Below are positions 28,712 through 41,294 of a stretch of DNA of 64,000 bases, in pieces. Both the position numbers and the translations under genes were made by a program. Below the pieces are notes generated by a model. The model was not told the DNA's origin, did not search any database, and saw only the letters and a program-made list of their open reading frames with translations. Within the stretch, counting starts at the first letter, position 1. Every line of letters starts with the position of its first letter. The stretch comes from Octopus sinensis (lineage: Eukaryota), in assembly GCF_006345805.1 (NCBI RefSeq), contig NC_043003.1, positions 53,754,001 through 53,818,000 on the forward strand, read 5' to 3'.

Positions 28712-28892
28712 GATGTTAAGTGTAGTAGTAACTGGATGTGGGCTGCAAAGTTGGCAGGAGAAGGTGCTGCTCTCTATGATGCCTGCAAATCAATGTGTGA
28801 CATTATGAAGCAGCTTGGTATCGCAGTTGATGGTGGAAAAGACTCACTCAGCATGGCTGCTAGAGTTGGTTCACAAACTATAAAAGCTCCAG
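28712..28892 (+). CDS. PFAS: PFAS exon 14
   Basis: tgtAG / GTAATT; DVKCSSNWMWAAKLAGEGAALYDAC...VDGGKDSLSMAARV...KAP. Confidence 0.96.
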
Positions 28893-30592
28893 GTAATTAT
28901 TTTATTTTACATGCTTCAACCATGAAATATAGTTGAATTAATGTATTGGCATGGTTTCTACAGCTAGATTCCCTCCCTAATGCCAACCACTCTGAGTGTG
29001 TAAATGGGTGCTTTTACATAACAGATTTGTTATTTGCAATCTATGCCTGTCTGTCTGCTCCCCTTTGGTTATACACCCATCTGTCCATCTTACACTCTGT
29101 GTATCCATCTGTCTGTTATTTCAATTTTTGTGATACCTATTATATATTATTGTAATCAATTTTAAAATATGTGGGTTGATAAACATAGTTGTTGTTGTTC
29201 TAGACCATATGCCTCTGATATAAAGTTAATTTTCTCTTTTCCTGCAACTAATCTGGAGGCCCTGAGAAAGGGCCATTGTATTATTCTTTTTCCCTTGACA
29301 AAAGCCATTATAAAAATACTCTAAATATAAAGTTAATATTTCAAAAAATTATAATTGTAATAAACACCAAAGTTCACTTGGTATATATTGGTTTCAAATT
29401 TTGGTGCAAGGCCAGCAATTTCAGCAGAGGGGTAAGTTAATTACATTTTTTCCACCAGTGCTCAACTGGTACTTATTTTATCATCCCTGAAAGGATGAAT
29501 GGCAAAGGTAGAATTTGAATTCAGAGCGTAAAGATGGATGAAATACTGCTAAGCATTTTGCTCAGTGTTCTAACAGTTCTGCCAGCTTTCAGTGAAGCAA
29601 AATATTACTTATTTTGGGGGAAGGAGCAAGTCAATTACATCATCCCTAGCGCTCAACTGGTACTTATTTTATCAACCTTGAAAGGATGAAAGGCAAAGTT
29701 GACCTTGGTGGAAATTGAACTCAGAACATAAAGGCAGATAAAATGCTGCTAAGCAGTTTGCCTGGTATACTCTTTTACTCTTTTACTTGTTTCAGTCATT
29801 TGACTGTGGCCATGCTGGAGCACTGCCTTTAGTCGAGCAAATCGACCCCAGGACTTATTCTTTGTAAGCCTAGTACTTATTCTATCGGTCTCTTTTGCCG
29901 AACTGCTAAGTTACGGGGGACATAAACACACCAACATTGGTTGTCAAGTGCTGTTGGGGGACAAACACAGGCACACAAACACACACACATATATATATAC
30001 ATATACATATCTGCGATGGGCTTCTTTCAGTTTCCGTCTACCAAATCCACTCACAAGGCTTTGGTCGACCCAAGGCTATAGTAGCAGACACTTGCCCAAG
30101 GTGCCACGCAGTGGGACTAAACCCGGAACCATGTGGTTGGTAAGCAAGCTTCTTACCACACAGCCACTGCTAATGATTCTACCAGCACACTGCCTTCATT
30201 TGGTTTATATTAAAGGAAAAAAATGTAATCTAATTTACATGACTTGTTTAGCTCCAGGTCAGCCCTCATTGTGCTGGCATATGATCAAAAGCATTCTAAT
30301 TCTGAATATACTGTCTTTTTATACATAACAATGACTGAGTTGTCTAATGTATCATTGTTTATTTAAGACAACAAAGGTGCAACTTGGGAGAATTAACTGA
30401 TATTTGACACAGGTTGAATGACCAATTAGACTCTTTGACCTAACTCATGCAAGTAAGTTAATATATAGAGGGAAATTATTTCTCCTAAAATAATCGAAGG
30501 CCCAAAAGTACAAGCTTGAATTTTTTGTTTTATATGTCATATTTTAAGTATTTTTGCTGTTTCTAATGCAAGTTTTTCAATGAATATTTCAG

Positions 30593-30676
30593 GGACATTG
30601 GTTGTGTCTACATATGTTGGCTGTCCTGACATTAGATTGAGTGTAACACCTGATTTGAAGTGTTCTCAAGGAAGAG
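30593..30676 (+). CDS. PFAS: PFAS exon 15
   Basis: ttcAG / GTCAGA; GTLVVSTYVGCPDIRLSVTPDLKCSQGR. Confidence 0.93.
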
Positions 30677-30992
30677 GTCAGATTATATTCATTTCCTTTT
30701 ATTCATTTTGTTAATAATCATTTTAGCCTTTGAAAAATTGTAACTGTTAATATGTTGCAGGACAAAGGGTGACTATTTTCTGTAAAATTATCTCTTAATA
30801 AAGAATGTTTGGCACAAATTTGACTGGAGGGTATATGCAATTAGCTCTTGGCTGGTATGTTATTTTATGGACCTGGGAAGGATGAAAGGCAAAGCTGACC
30901 TCAGTAGGGTTTGAATTCAGAACATAAAGAGCCATAAGAAATGCCTTTATGCATTTTGTCTATTGTACTAATGATTCTGTCAGCTTCTTGCC

Positions 30993-31031
<39 letters not shown>

Positions 31032-31974
31032 TTGTTTTGTCTTGGTATAAAAGATGGGCTACAGTAAATATTCTGCTCAATACCACAGATTTGCTTGTCA
31101 GTTGTTTGACCATAACCAGTTGAGCATGTCCCTTAGTGGAAGACGATATGTGCATCTCTGATCACAAGCAGAAGTAGTGGTGGGAGCATCATAGCCATGT
31201 GTTGAGGGAGATTCTTTAGGGTTTGAATAATTCACCTCTGGAAACATGGGTGTTTTGTTCAACATCCTTAAACAACCTTTATTCAGGGACCTTTTGAGCA
31301 GGATATGCTACTCGACCAGAAGAAAATTCTAACTAGGCCCCACCTGCAAGGTTATGTGCTGTTTATCTTGATATGAAATCACCATGTCACACACATATGG
31401 TTGTGATGCATGTGCCTAGTGTACCCTTATCAGACGGGTAGTCATGATGGGTATACTGTGCTTCGTATATTTTACCCCAGTGTCACTTTGATGGCATGCA
31501 CTGCTCTCTCACTCAATAATAATAATAATGCTTTCTACTGAAGGCACAATCATGGAAGATACTGGTGTCATTCAAATGGCACCTGTGCCTGTGGAACATA
31601 AAAGCACCTATTACACTCTCAGAGTGGTTGGTGTTAAGAAGGGCATCCAGCTGTAGAAACCATGCCAAAACAGACTTGTGTCTGGGGCAGCCATCCACCT
31701 TGCCAGCCCTGGTCAAACCAACCAACCCATGCTAGCATGGGCAACGGACATTAAATGATGATGATGATGATGACTAAAGGTACAAGGCCTAAAATTTGGT
31801 GGGAGGGAGATTAGTCGATTACATCAATTCCAGTCTTTCACTGGTATTTAATTTGTCGACCCCCAAAAGGAGGAAAGGCAAAGTCAACCTTGGCGGAATT
31901 TGAACTCAGAACATAACAATTACTAAGCATTTTCCCCTGTATGCTAATGATTCTGACAGCTCACCGCCTGTGCC

Positions 31975-32673
31975 TCCAGAGTATCTCAACATGCATGATA
32001 GAGCTGCACAATATATTCACTGGGTTATTTGCAAAAACCTGGACTTGCCCCATGATAAAATCTGGTGGGAACACAAACTACCCCCAGTGCTTGAAAATGA
32101 TCACATCTCACTCTTCTGGAACTTCCACCATTCAAACTGACAGAAAGATAGATGCAAATAGGCCAGACATCATATTGAAAGACTTCAAACAAAAATCATG
32201 CCTCCTCATTGATATGACTGTCCCAATCAATATAAATGTATCTGTCAAGACCTACCAAATACTGAGCAAGTATAAAGATCTTGAAATAGAAATTAGCAAA
32301 ATGTGGAACCTGAAGATTAAAACAATGCTTGTTGTCATAGGTGCCCTAGGAATGATAGCAAAAAGGGCTGATTGCTACCTAGCTCAGCTACCAGGAAACC
32401 CCAAAATGGCAGAAATTCAAAAGATAGTGCACATGGGAACTACCCATATCCTACCTAAAATACTGTCTATGTAAACTCAAATTTTAAAACAAACACATAA
32501 TTTTCTTATAGTTTCTTAAAACTACACTATGTACAAAACCAAATATATGATACCCTAAGCATAACACCAACACAAACTTCTAACTTGTTGTCTCTTGAGG
32601 TCTCTAGGTGAGACTCGGAGCCAACTTGTACAAATGCAAAGCAAAAGTCAAACATAAAATAATGATAATAATA
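31975..32673 (+). mobile_element. 3' end of an R4/Dong-like non-LTR retrotransposon (restriction-like endonuclease domain + 3' UTR + AAT tail)
   Basis: MHDRAAQYIHWVIC; IQTDRKIDANRPDIILKD...IDMTVP...K..KYKDLEIEI...VVIGALG; stop 32472-32474; tail aataatgataataat. Confidence 0.85.
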
Positions 32674-32696
32674 CTTTTTAAATTATCTTTATCCAG

Positions 32697-32852
32697 GAAT
32701 TTTACTCCATGTTGATCCTAGCTGTGGTCAACACAGAATTGGTGGATCAGCCCTAGCACAGTGCTTTAAACAACTGGGCAAGGATGTTCCTGATCTTGAA
32801 AGACCAGATATATTCAAATCAATGTTTGATGTAACTCAACAATGTATATCAG
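32697..32852 (+). CDS. PFAS: PFAS exon 16
   Basis: tccAG / GTATTT; GILLHVD...HRIGGSALAQCFKQLGKDVPDLE. Confidence 0.95.
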
Positions 32853-33298
32853 GTATTTATTTCTCTTTCTATTTCTATTCATGAACGATCTTGTTTTAAA
32901 CTTTTCTCTTTTAGTTTTCCTTTTCGTTATGTTGCAATACTACCCAGTGGCTGTGTGAGCTACAAAATCCTTGTCGCCACTGTTATGTTGCATGTTCGGA
33001 TGCCTCTACTACTCAACTCTATTACTCTGTTCGTCTCAGCTGTGCTCCTTTGACTGCTACTCAACTGTTCTCTAGTCTGTCTCCTGACGTCTAGGCTTCT
33101 CCCTCTATATCTACGTATTGGGCTAGCCTATTTCATCGTCTGGGGGCGTCCACACAACACTTTTATAGCTGGACATGCTTCCTTGCAATAATAAAATCAC
33201 GACATTGTTTGTAACTGTCATATTTTTTTCATTTCAACAGAATTTTATTTTCATTGGTTTACTGTATCATTAATAAATATTTGTAAATTGTCTTACAG

Positions 33299-33415
33299 AT
33301 AGATTAATTTCCTCTGGGCATGATATTAGTGATGGTGGTTTAATTACATGTGCCTTGGAGATGGCTTTTGCTGGTAACTGTAGCATGCACCTTCATTTTG
33401 AAAATACTGCAAATG
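33299..33415 (+). CDS. PFAS: PFAS exon 17
   Basis: tacAG / GTAAGT; DRLISSGHDISDGGLITCALEMAFAGNCS. Confidence 0.96.
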
Positions 33416-34389
33416 GTAAGTACTTGGTTAATAAAAATTGTTCTGTTTGACCTTATCATTAATATATTTCTCACTAAAATATACAGCTAAGTGTTGTGAT
33501 TAGATTCTACAGCATTCATAAGTTTAACTCTTTAGCATTTAAACTGGCCATATCCGACCAAAATATTCTACATGTGTTTTGTTGAAACTAGCTAGATCCA
33601 GCCTCTCATAATTCCCTTACAATGTTCTAAAAGTAACCAAACATATCGTTGAAATCACCAATCAGTGACGTGTATTCAGCTGAATAAAATTACTGCTGTT
33701 GTTTGTCAACAAGAATTTTGATTTAAGTATGAACAAGTCTTTGAAATTTGGGTAATCTGTGATGACAGATGGCATGCAGTGGTATTGAGTGGCGTGGTAG
33801 CAAAAGGATTAAATGTATTGATTTTTGTTGGTAAAACTTAACCTGTCAAAAGCAAAGAATGAGAATTGAAATGTAATATTATTTGGCTTGATGTTTACAT
33901 GTTGTTATGCCATGATTAGTGTTAATATTAGATTTTATATTATTGAAACATATCATTTAGATGTGTGTGTTTGCAAATATCAATTTTACATTTCACTATA
34001 GCATAAATATAAATAAAAATATTCTATATTTTAGAAGTCATCATTAACATAAGCAGCTGCAGTGGGTGGCTTAACGTTGCATTCTTCAAGTTTTATCACT
34101 TATGACACCCACAGCCCTATTGTTATGGACATTTTTTACTTTGAACTTGGTAATTCCACGAGATTTCTATCTTCACCATTCAATGTATCTTTCCTTTGTT
34201 GCCCTAACTGTATCTTGCTTAACAAGTTCCCAAGCTAAATACTGAGCCAAACCCTTCTTTGCTATAACTGTACCATCAGAAAAAAACCTTCCAAGCTTGT
34301 GAGTCTCCCTTAACTATTAACCTGAAACTAAACTATTAACAACAGCAAGATCATGTCACTATCGTGGCTTCTCTTTTTTTTATTTATGC

Positions 34390-34935
34390 ACCCTTTTCAA
34401 GCCTAGCCAGGCTCATGGGCCTGGTTTCCTAGTCTCTGTGGTGTATGTCCCCCCCCCCCAGCTGGACAGAATGCCAGTCCATCGCAGCGTTACTCAAGAA
34501 ACAGGAAGAAAGAGTGAGAGAAAGTTGGGGTGAAAGAGTACAACAGGGGTTGCCACCACCCCCTGCTGGAGCCTCGTGGAGCTTTAAGTGTTTTTGCTCA
34601 ATAAACACACACAACACCCGGTCTGGGAATCAAAATCGTGATCCTCCGACCATGAGTCCGCAGCCCTAACCACTGGGCCATTGCGCATCCACTGTGCCCT
34701 TTTAAAGCCTAGCCAGGCTCATGGGCCCGGTTTCCCGGTTTCAATGGCGTGTGTTCCCCAGCGGGACGGGACGTCACTCCATTGTAGCATTACTCATTTT
34801 TGCCAGCTGAGTGGACTGGAGCAACATGAAATGAAGTGTTTTGCTCAAGAACACAACGCGTCGCCCGGTCCAGGAATCGATACCTCCATCTTACGATCAT
34901 GATGCCGACACCCTAACCACTAAGCCATGCACCTC
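34390..34935 (-). mobile_element. Two adjacent tRNA-type SINEs (family C/E)
   Basis: Minus-strand heads ...GCGCAATGGCCCAGTGGTTAGGGC..GGTTTTGATTCCC and ...GGCTTAGTGGTTAGGGTGTCGGC..GGTATCGATTCC; relatives at 1-205(+), 5270-5630(-), 25690-25932(-), 36000-36200(-). Confidence 0.75.
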
Positions 34936-36622
34936 CATCTATCTTGGCTTACTCAACCTAAAAGAGCCAGTAAAGGCCATGTGTTCTTCAGAAAAGAAAA
35001 TAAGAATAAAGTAAAAAAATTGACTAATCTTGTGATACATTGGCATGTTTTCACAAATTTGGAGTGAAGACATAGTCCTTGACAAATGTTTATGTATTGA
35101 CACTGATAGAATGAACAGCTAGTTCAACCAAAAGGAGGTTTGCACTCTGGAATGAAAAGAATAAAAATGTTGATTATCAAATGAAACCACTGGAATAACA
35201 TCATAATAACAATAAATCGCTTCTCTCCTTAAAAATCATCAAATTCTCATCTACCATCCTTGTATGGCTTCCAGAGAAATTTCTTCATTTAGCAGTTGTC
35301 TACTAGTAGGGAGCAGATGTTTCACCTAGTCTCTCATTAGAATTGCATTGTCAAAGTTAAAATGTTAAAATTCACTCACCTTTCACAAAAAAATTTTACG
35401 TTCTTAGTCACTTTCTTAATCAGTATTTAAAAATATAGACAATCTCATATGTCACAAACCTTTCCAAACTTAGCTGTTTCGACTTTAGTGTCAAGCTCAT
35501 TGGCTTCATTTATAAGACAGGACCATTAATATATTTATTTGCTTGGCAAATGTATCATCACCAGAATTGCTAAAGCAGTGATAGTACTCTGTAACTTTTG
35601 CAAACCAGCATTTGGTGGGGCTGCACATAAGTATAAGTTACTGTATTTCTGGTTCCTCGTTCTACTTACACATTCTTACTCAGATGCTATTTTATACCTC
35701 AAAAGCTTGTTGCAGACAGAAGGAGGTGAGCTGAAATGCTGCCAGGTCAGAGAGGCCTCAAAACTGATCAGTGTTCTGGATTTGAAAGTACATCCAAAGA
35801 GATTTTGCTGGATTTTGGTCATATCTAAAACATCAAGGGTGTAATTGTTCATTTCTTGTTTTAGGAGACCTCCTTCGGTCATGAATGACCATGGTATTGC
35901 ACCTAGAAAGTTACCCACCAAGGTACAAGTCCGGGCAAGGTTGTGTATGGAAGGCCTGTAGTCAGTCACCCATGCATACCAGCCTCCCCTCTCCACACCG
36001 ATGTTATCCAAGGGAAAGGCAAAGACTGATACAGCTTGACACCAGTGATGTCACAACTCATTTCTACAGCTGAGTTAATTGGAGCAACGTGAAATAAAGT
36101 GTCTTGCTCAAGAACACAACATGCAGCCCGGTCCAGGAATTGAACTTACAACGTCATGATCGTAAGCTCGACGCTCTAACCACTGAGCCATGCGCCTTCA
36201 CCATTTCTTGTTTTAATACTCTGTAAAATAATGGCATTGAATCCAATCCACTGTACAGATATTAAATAGACTGGCAGTATCAGTAGTGTGGCAGACAAAA
36301 TGCCTTGCAGTATTTCAGCTTTTTACATTTTGATTTCAGGTGCCATCAAGGTCAGCTTTGCCTTACATCCCTTTGAGGTCAATGAAATATCAGTCAAGTA
36401 CTGGGGTCAACGGTATCAACTAACTCTTCCCTGCAGAATTACTGGTCTTGTGTTTAAATTAGGAACCATCGTTGTAGTTGTTGTTATCATCATCACCATC
36501 ACTGCCACTGCCACCCTTGTTGTTGCTGTTGTTGTAATTAAAGTTTTAAAGACATTTCTTACGACTGTTCACCACCCCAAGGGAATTTTATTCGTAGATC
36601 ATATTATTTTCATTGCTTCTAG

Positions 36623-36771
36623 ATCCTCCTCTTGAGTTGCTGTTTGCTGAGGAACTTGGGCTAATTTTAGAATTGAGAGATGATAACCAGCAAATGGTTA
36701 TATCTCGATACAAAGAAGCTGGAGTGCCTTGTTCTATTATTGGTTATTGCTCTGAGGAAAATGTGCCTAAG
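36623..36771 (+). CDS. PFAS: PFAS exon 18
   Basis: tctAG / GTAAGT; DPPLELLFAEELGLILE...RYKEAGVPCSIIG. Confidence 0.95.
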
Positions 36772-37068
36772 GTAAGTTGCTGTTGTCTTACTTGATATTC
36801 TCAGGAAGTCGTTTGTTGTTGTCATCATAATTGTTTTAAAGTCTACTTTTCCAAGGTTAATTGAGGCAGATTTTTTTACGGCCAGATGCCCTTCTTGTCA
36901 CCAACTCTTACCTGTTTCTAAGCATGGTAATATTTCCTCCATGGTTAGACATGCTTGCACAAAATATTTGAAATGAAAGACTTTGTTTGTATGACAGTGA
37001 CAATGATTTTACAATTATCATGTAAAGACAAGAAAATACTGACATACATACTCTCTCTCTCTCTCTCG

Positions 37069-37103
<35 letters not shown>

Positions 37104-37349
37104 TAGGCTTCTTTTGGTTTCTGCCTATCAACTCCACTAGCAAGGCTTTGGTTGATCTGGTGTTATAGAAAAAATTGCCCAAGGTGTCATGCAATGAGAT
37201 TGAACCTGAAGCTATGTGGTTGGGAAACAAACTTCTTTCCACACAGCTACGCTTGCACCAGTAGACAGTATATATCAACTTCATCTAGACATTATATAAA
37301 ATATTGACTATATATATATAATATATCTCTCCTTGTTTTTTCTGTATCC

Positions 37350-37385
37350 CTTTCTGTAGAAGAGCATAGGCTCAAAACATAAAAG
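37350..37385 (+). ncRNA. Decayed minimal hammerhead-like motif
   Basis: CTTT-CTGTAGA-A-GAGC(ATAG)GCTC-AAAA-CA-TA-AAAG; stems I and II intact, core and GAAA mutated. Confidence 0.4.
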
Positions 37386-37475
37386 ACTTTTTCTATTCCT
37401 GAGCGTTATATTAATGCATCTGTTTGTTTTGTACACCACCTGTCTTCGTTTTTTGTTTTTTTCGTAAACTCTCCC

Positions 37476-37517
<42 letters not shown>

Positions 37518-37574
37518 CAGAATGAGATAAAAATCCAAGGTTGTGAAAGATTTCAGAACATTTATAAAGAGAAG

Positions 37575-37622
37575 GTCTTACAGCTGTTTCTGAGATATTT
37601 TATATATCCCTTCATTGGAGAC
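37575..37622 (-). ncRNA. Decayed minimal hammerhead-like motif
   Basis: Minus strand GTCT-CCAATGA-AGGGATA(TATAAAA)TATCTCA-GAAA-CAGCTG-TA-AGAC; core differs from CUGAUGA at 2 positions. Confidence 0.55.
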
Positions 37623-37989
37623 AGTGCGAAAAATGGTTAAGTAATAGTGCATTTAATTCTCTCACACTGTCCCTGCTAGACTGACATCAGAATAGTTGGT
37701 TGTCTTAAAAAAAACAATAAACAAAACTATTTTGTTAGGAGCTGTGGGTCAAATGTGTTAGACTGCTTTTTACATACTTTTATTATCTTTATTCTCTTAC
37801 TGTTTCACTGCTTGAACTGTTCCCATACTGGTGTTTTAGTTGACTATATCAACCCCAGTACTTAGTTTAGATTAGTACTTATTTTATCCATATCTGTTTG
37901 TCAGACCACTCACAACATAAATGATACAACTGATTTTTAGACCAGTGTAAACATATAGGCACAACACACACACACATACACACTAACAT

Positions 37990-38220
37990 AAGAGTATTCA
38001 GATTTAGTGTGCAAGAAGGAAGACTGTAATGGGATGGACATCTGATGCGTGTGGATGAGGACAGCTGTATAAATAATGCTGATCACTTAATGTGGATGGA
38101 ACTGACAGAAGAGTGAGACCCAAGAAGATATGGGACAAAGTGGTGGAAACTGATCTTAGGACCCTCACAGAGATGACATGGGATCAAGATGACTACTGAT
38201 ATATGGTTCTCAAGGAGAGG
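37990..38220 (+). mobile_element. Decayed RTE LINE ORF C-terminus
   Basis: VQEGRL*WDGHLMRVDEDSC...RPKKIWDKVV..DL, homologous to 23711-24030. Confidence 0.65.
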
Positions 38221-38595
38221 GCTTGAGAAACTGAAATCTGGAAGCACAGTCTGTGTATGTGTGCATGCACACATGCATGCATGCAAACTGCAACACCTCC
38301 CATCATTTCATCTGAGCTGAACTTCATATTTCACCAGCTTTACCCTGATACCACTTATACTTCCCTGATACCACTTATCTATTTCACTAGTTATCCAGCC
38401 TTCATTCTTTAACCTGACTATTTCAAAGTATGATGGTTTTACATACTGCAAATACATTCAGCTCATGCCAACTTGGGAAAATGCATATTGAAATGATTAT
38501 GATGACTATGATGGCAACAATGATAGCAAAAACCAATTACAATCATTGCCATTTGTATAATTATCATTTTTCTATTTCCTTTTTAATTAACTCAG

Positions 38596-38803
38596 GTGAC
38601 AGTTTCTGTGTCAAACCAAGAATTATTGAACATGAAATTAGCTGATCTGCGTGACATCTGGGAGGAGACAAGTTACCAGCTTGAAAAAAGACAAACTACT
38701 ATTGCCTGTGCTGAGGCTGAAAGAAAAAGTTTCAGAATGAGAAAGAAACCACGATACACCTTTAATTATGATCTTAGTCAACTGTACAATCCTCATTCAT
38801 TTA
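38596..38803 (+). CDS. PFAS: PFAS exon 19
   Basis: ctcAG / GTAAGT; VTVSVSNQ...LRDIWEETSYQLEKRQ...CAEAE. Confidence 0.94.
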
Positions 38804-39120
38804 GTAAGTATGGATACTTGGTTGTGTAAATGGTATTCCTTTTTACTTGTTTCTCTCATAGGACTGTTGCCATATGATCTTCATAATTTTTTCAGAAAAA
38901 GAATTTATATTACGAATGAACTGTTTATGAAACATTAAAAATGTAAATGATCGTATTGGGTTGGGGCATAATTATTGTGGCTTTTTTTCAACAAATTTTA
39001 TTCAACAAAAACAATAACAATATTTAACAAAAAATATCTTTAAATGATGGTCTGACCATCTGCCAAGGAAATGGTAAGTAGTAATTGAAGTAGATGGTGA
39101 ATATGCTCCGGAATAATCAT

Positions 39121-39327
39121 TTAACCCTTCGTTACTGTATTTATTTAAAGATGCTCTGTGTTTCTTTCAATTACTTTAAATATAACAAAGAATTTAGTAA
39201 AATAACTTAATTATCATTCAGCTAGTGTCAGGAACATAAATTGTGACTAAGGTTTGGTGGAAGATTTTAATTCAAAACTTATGAAAACAAGAGTCGGTTT
39301 CAGCCGGGTTGGTAACAAAAGGGTTAA
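39121..39327. mobile_element. piggyBac-like MITE family 1 (TTAA-CCC..GTTAC...GTAAC..GGG-TTAA)
   Basis: Short TIR plus TTAA at both ends; second copy at 44955-45183. Confidence 0.75.
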
Positions 39328-40141
39328 AGATGTTTTTGTTACATGTTGTTATTGTTTTTGTTGAATAAAATTTGTTGAAAAAAAGCTGCAATAATTATGC
39401 ACCAAGCCAATAGATATTATAATGAATTTGAGACAAAAAAGTGTACAGTAGGCCCATAATTTGATTCATGTGGCATCTCTCCTTGCAAACATCAAACCAA
39501 TGTAGGACACTTCACTCTGTTTTATATTTTTAGAATAGCCATTTCTGTTAGCAGGAGTGTCTGGTGAATCTTATTTTTGAAGTTAGAATAGTACAGTTAA
39601 AATAAATGAAAGCCATTTATGACCAATTTGAGATGGATACATGTCTGGTCATCCGGCAAGCAATGAATAAGTCTTTTTGTCCTTCCAGCAATTTTGTTGT
39701 TCTTTTGAATCTTAAAATAGTGCATATATTGGACTGACAGATAAATTCATTTGTTTTTGTTTTTTTTTCTACTTGTCATTCCATTGCCATATATCTGAAA
39801 AGAGGTAAAATTTATTCAAATTTCCAAAAAATAAACAAAAGTTGTAGAGGGAAAACAGAGCTTCAAAAATCAAACAATACCATGATAAAAATAATTTTCA
39901 TGTTAAGTCAAATAACATTGGAAAGTATTAAGGTAAATGAAAAAAAAAAAAATGAATTTACCTGATAACCCCAAAATATTCAATATCATTTACAGTTTAT
40001 AAATTTTCAGAGGGCTTTGTGTCTATCTAAAAATTAGTATTACATGTGTAATTATTAATATAAATCTAACCCTGATATTGTTTTAAGTAGATTTATTTTT
40101 CACTTGATTGACTTCCAAAGTATAATAATTTTTTTCACCAG

Positions 40142-40354
40142 TTTTGCCACAGCATAGTCCAAGTATTGCAATCATTCGGGAAGAAGGAAGTAATGGAGAT
40201 CGTGAAATGGCAGCGGCGTTCCATTATGTTGGTTTTCAAACTTGGGATGTCAACATGCAAGATTTGTGTTCTGGCAACATAACACTGGATCAATTTCGAG
40301 GCATAGCTTTCGTTGGAGGTTTTAGTTATGCGGATGTGTGTGGCTCAGCCAAAG
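40142..40354 (+). CDS. PFAS: PFAS exon 20 (start of glutamine amidotransferase domain)
   Basis: accAG / GTAATG; IAIIREEGSNGDREMAAAF...WDVNMQDL...FVGGFSYADVCGSAK. Confidence 0.96.
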
Positions 40355-41294
40355 GTAATGAAACCTAAAAGTTTACAAAATTTGTTCTTTATGCATTTGA
40401 CGTTTGATACAAACTCGAAACATTTTATCTCCCTTTAAAAGATAGTATCAAATTTTAGATTATGCTAAAAAGAAAAAAAATATAAAAGTAATATAAAACT
40501 TTGCTTTCATCATCATCATCATCATTTTAATATCTAGTTTTCCATGCTTGCATGGGTTGGATGAAATTTGTTGAGGCAGATTTTTCTACAGCTTGAAGCT
40601 TTTCTTGTCACCAACACCCACCAGTTTCTAAGTAAGGTAATATTTCCCCTTGGCCAGACATGTTTTCATGGACGTTTGGAAGGAAGACACAGTTTATATG
40701 GTGGTAATGCTCATTAAGACAGTCTGGCACCTGTACCTGTGTAAAATGATTCGAGTAAGGTTGTTGCCAGTACCGCCTGACTGGCCCCCGTGCTGGTGGC
40801 ATGTAAAAGCACCCACTACACTCTCGGAGTGGTTGGCGTTAGGAAGGGCATCCAGCTGTAGAAAGTCTGTCAGATCAAGATTGGAGCCTGGTGCAACCAT
40901 CTGGTTCATCAGCCCTCAGTCCAACCCATGCTAGCATAGAAAGCAGACGTTAAACGATGATGATGATATGTTATTCAGACAAAGAGACACTAAAACACAC
41001 ACATGCACACAATACTCTTCTTCAATGTCCACTCACAAGGCTTTGGTCAGCTTGGAGCTATAATAAAAATATACTTGGTCAAGGTTTCAATATAAAAGCT
41101 TATAGAGAAACCAATATAAAATATCTAACAATAAAATCAGTTCTTTCCATAGAGAAAAATATAAAGTATTTGCAGCATGCTGTACGGCATTTTGTCAGTG
41201 AAAGGTCACGATCTCAAAGCGGCGAAAATATATTGGCAAATTAAATTTAAATGTTGAAGTGAATCTAACGGTTTTTGTGTGTTTTTAAATGGCT

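Noticed and set aside
31941-32474. 177-aa ORF as a host gene nested in PFAS
   Set aside because: It is the endonuclease domain of a 5'-truncated retrotransposon; its predicted start lies in an adjacent SINE.
32930-33225. Solo LTR in intron 16
   Set aside because: Starts TG and is GC-richer than its flanks, but I found no matching CA end with a 4-6 bp TSD.
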